The position numbers and the translations under genes were made by a program. A DNA stretch of 63,918 nucleotides, filler included, from Guillardia theta CCMP2712 (taxonomy: Eukaryota > Protista > Cryptophyta): assembly GCF_000315625.1 (NCBI RefSeq). It is 7 parts of 6 records of this genome, joined end to end, with 100 filler letters (N's around TTAATTAATTAA, not from the genome) between each part and the next. Parts side by side here need not be neighbours in the genome. Positions count along the whole stretch, not along the records: positions 59,098 to 62,730 come from NW_005434090.1; positions 62,831 to 63,918 come from NW_005434053.1; 5 more parts are not named here. The stretch is one strand, 5' to 3'. Shown here piece after piece: positions 61,174-63,918 of the stretch (position 1 is the first letter of the stretch; every line of letters starts with the position of its first letter). Under the pieces are notes generated by a model, which saw nothing but the letters and a program-made list of their open reading frames with translations, was not told the DNA's origin and did no database searches.

Positions 61174-61827
61174 ATGAAGTACTCCCCTGACCACGACTGC
61201 TTCCGTACTCGAGGAGTGCTCTCCCGCGACACCATCGTCGAGATCTACAAGCTCCGCACAAACGATAAGAAAATCAAGACCGCCGCAAGCGCCTCGGTAG
61301 GCCTCAAGCACGGCGTTACGGCCAAGGCCATCCGAGACATCTGGAACCGGCGGACATGGTGGAACGTGACGGAGGCGCTATGGACGGAGGAGGAGCGGGA
61401 GGACTACGCGAGGAGGCGGAAGCCATGCGGGAAGGCGGGGAGGCCTCGAGGGTCCAAGGACTCGAAGAAGCGGAGAGCAAAGATCGGGGCAGGTCAGATA
61501 AGCATGGCAGCNNNNNNNNNNNNNNNNNNNNNNNNNNNNNNNNNNNNNNNNNNNNNNNNNNNNNNNNNNNNNNNNNNNNNNNNNNNNNNNNNNNNNNNNN
61601 NNNNNNNNNNNNNNNNNNNNNNNNNNNNNNNNNNNNNNNNNNNNNNNNNNNNNNNNNNNNNNNNNNNNNNAGACAAGAAGAGCACAAGTCGTGGGGATGA
61701 CGACGAGGCTCGGGCATCGATAGGCATCGCATACAGCAGCTGGAGCGAGGGACCGGGGCTGCCCCGACCCATCCACATGTCAAGGGAGGAGCTTTGGGGC
61801 GAGGCTCTGCGGCACGTCATGCGATGA
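61174..61827 (+). CDS. Small HTH-like plus AT-hook putative DNA-binding protein
   Basis: KHGVTAKAIRDIWNRRTW and GRPRGSKDSKKR. Confidence 0.7.
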   Translation: MKYSPDHDCFRTRGVLSRDTIVEIYKLRTNDKKIKTAASASVGLKHGVTAKAIRDIWNRRTWWNVTEALWTEEEREDYARRRKPCGKAGRPRGSKDSKKRRAKIGAGQISMAXXXXXXXXXXXXXXXXXXXXXXXXXXXXXXXXXXXXXXXXXXXXXXXXXXXXXXDKKSTSRGDDDEARASIGIAYSSWSEGPGLPRPIHMSREELWGEALRHVMR

Positions 61828-62830
61828 CAACCACAGCGGAGAGCAGCGGCCAGTCCGTAGCAGCAGCCCCAGGGGCCATTCCACTGTCGCAGTCGCCTGC
61901 ACCTGCATCCTTCTTACCCCCGGACAGCACCGAGCTCGCAGTGTGTACAGGGAGCAGTTTGTCGCGAGTGATGTATATACATGCAGACTCCTGCATCTCA
62001 CGCCTGCCTTGGCCTATTGGCGTACGTCTCATGTCCCCGCCTCGAGCAGGCGCCTCGTCTGTAGGATCTGTCTTGAAGCTGAGAATGGCACAAGCACACT
62101 CACGCAGCTGCAGAGGCTGACGGGACCGGCTGTGTCCAGCCTTCACCAGGCCTGGGGTAAAAGGACTCAAGATCACAGAAATCCTTAGGCCTGGAGCTTG
62201 TGCTATCGTCCCCTTGCCCCTAGACCAGCTCGATCTGCGGTTCGCCTCCTCAACGCCTTACACAGCACGGGAAGCTGTGCACGCGTGCCAAGACTCTCGT
62301 CCTAATGGCTCGCATACAGATACCCTCACCTATCTCCAGCCTCTCCGTCCGTGACTCCAGGTCCGGCCAAGCCTTACCGGCATCGACAAAGAAGAGGAAT
62401 CAATAGGCTGATGATGATCTTACTGGTGCTACCAGCCAGGAGAAAGCGCCTCCCTGCGGCGCCTGTTGATCCATCCCGGTCGTCATTCCCTGATCCGTCT
62501 GGACTTTGGTCGTGGACAGGTGCGGGATCGTAGGATCGCAGGACCGCGGGCCTGGGCCTCGCAGCCTGCGTAAAGTCGCCTTTTCTAGCATGGGCCGTAG
62601 CCAAAGATGCGGCCTGCTGGGTTTGCTCTGATCATCGACACTGATCTAACGACGCACTTGCTCGGCCCAGCCTATTTTCTCTTGATCGCTCCGTATAATG
62701 CCCCAGTACACCGGATACTGGGTAATGGGGNNNNNNNNNNNNNNNNNNNNNNNNNNNNNNNNNNNNNNNNNNNNTTAATTAATTAANNNNNNNNNNNNNN
62801 NNNNNNNNNNNNNNNNNNNNNNNNNNNNNN

Positions 62831-63918
62831 TAAGCTAAACCTCCAGGCACACAGCGCACAGCGAGAAGCTGCACAATCACACACAAAACACAAGCCCGAA
62901 AAGAACCAGCACTGCTGGCACCCAGACGCGGCATCGCCAGCCCAAGCGCGAAGCCGCGCAGACAGCGAGAAGCTGCACAATCACACACAAAACACAAGCC
63001 CGAAAAGAACCAGCACTGCTGGCACCCAGACGCGGCATCGCCAGCCCAAGCGCGAAGCCGCGCCGACAAGCAGCCGAAGGGTCAGGCAATCAAGCAACAA
63101 GCAGCAGGAGCATGCAGGAGGAATAAAATCCCTTAGACGCGATACCCGGAGGCAGCCGACTGACCACTGTCAGTCGAGACGTCCGCTGCCGCCACAAAGC
63201 GGGCGGCCGCGGACGGAGAAAGGGCAGCCGCCGACAAGGAGCCGGCGTTGCCCGGGGGTCCGCCTGGGGCAGCGGACGGAGGGAGGCTGGACACAGGAAC
63301 ACGGTACCGCTCGAGGATATAGGATTTACTGGCAGAAGATAAAAAGTGCCTCAAGCAAAACATAGCAGGAACAAGCTCAACCGGCAGGTACACAGTCCAC
63401 AGCGAGAAGCTGCACAATCACACACACAACACAAGCCCGAAAACAACCAGCACTGCTGGCACCCAGACGCGGCAGCGCCAGCCCAAGCGCGAAGCCGCGC
63501 GAGGTAGTCCTCATCGCTAGCCTTCTGCCAGTAAATTCTATATCTCCGAGTCAGCGGTAGCCGAGTCAGCGGTAGCCGCCCGTGACGGCGGCGACGCCGC
63601 AGCAATGCCCAAGGACCGGCGTGACCCGACCGATGCCGGGATTTGGATTTACTGGCAGAGGGTAAAAAGTGCCGGGGAGGAAGCAGGCGAGCTCGGACCA
63701 GCAGCAAGCACCCCAGTGGTGTCGAGCTCTCCGTCTAGTACTCGGGTGGGGGACCACCGGGGAAGCGCACGTACCGTACAGAACCACAGTAGGTAGTATA
63801 GGATTTACTGGCAGAAGATAAAAAGTGCCTCAAGCAAAACAAAGCAGGAACAAGCTGAACCGGCAGAACCACACATTGCATGCTCCTGCTGCTTGTTGCT
63901 TGATTGCTTGACCCTTAG
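62831..63918 (-). mobile_element. Second cluster of the same CRE-like retrotransposon (3' parts, nested)
   Basis: Same ORF tail (..SAASGYRV*), same 3' UTR and four 3' termini as in 24500-32465. Confidence 0.9.

Overview
This is draft eukaryotic nuclear sequence, most likely a cryptophyte-type alga (inferred from ~45-nt introns, microsatellite-filled introns, AxA-F bipartite plastid leaders and a signal-peptide-bearing NAR1). It is not contiguous: six N-TTAATTAATTAA-N linkers join seven contigs (1-20891, 20992-35763, 35864-40906, 41007-53116, 53216-58997, 59098-62730, 62831-63918). Host genes include a TVP38/TMEM64 protein, a large NACHT-like NTPase, a plastid helical-repeat/RAP protein, an IQ-motif protein, an HNH nuclease, a Tyr/Trp permease, a PDZ protein, an HDAC, a Cys-repeat protein, NAR1, a SpoU methyltransferase and two HTH/AT-hook paralogs. 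Two accessory systems stand out. (1) A CRE-like, RLE-type non-LTR retrotransposon forms clusters on two contigs, where short 3'-terminal copies (about 10-300 nt, with 2-10 bp target-site duplications) sit inside other copies of the same element at many positions and in both orientations. (2) An AT-rich, intron-free, virus-like contig carries two GIY-YIG nucleases and a RING protein, framed by tandem palindromes, direct repeats and inverted repeats. All calls come from reading motifs by eye. No database searches were run, and exon boundaries and starts are approximate unless stated.
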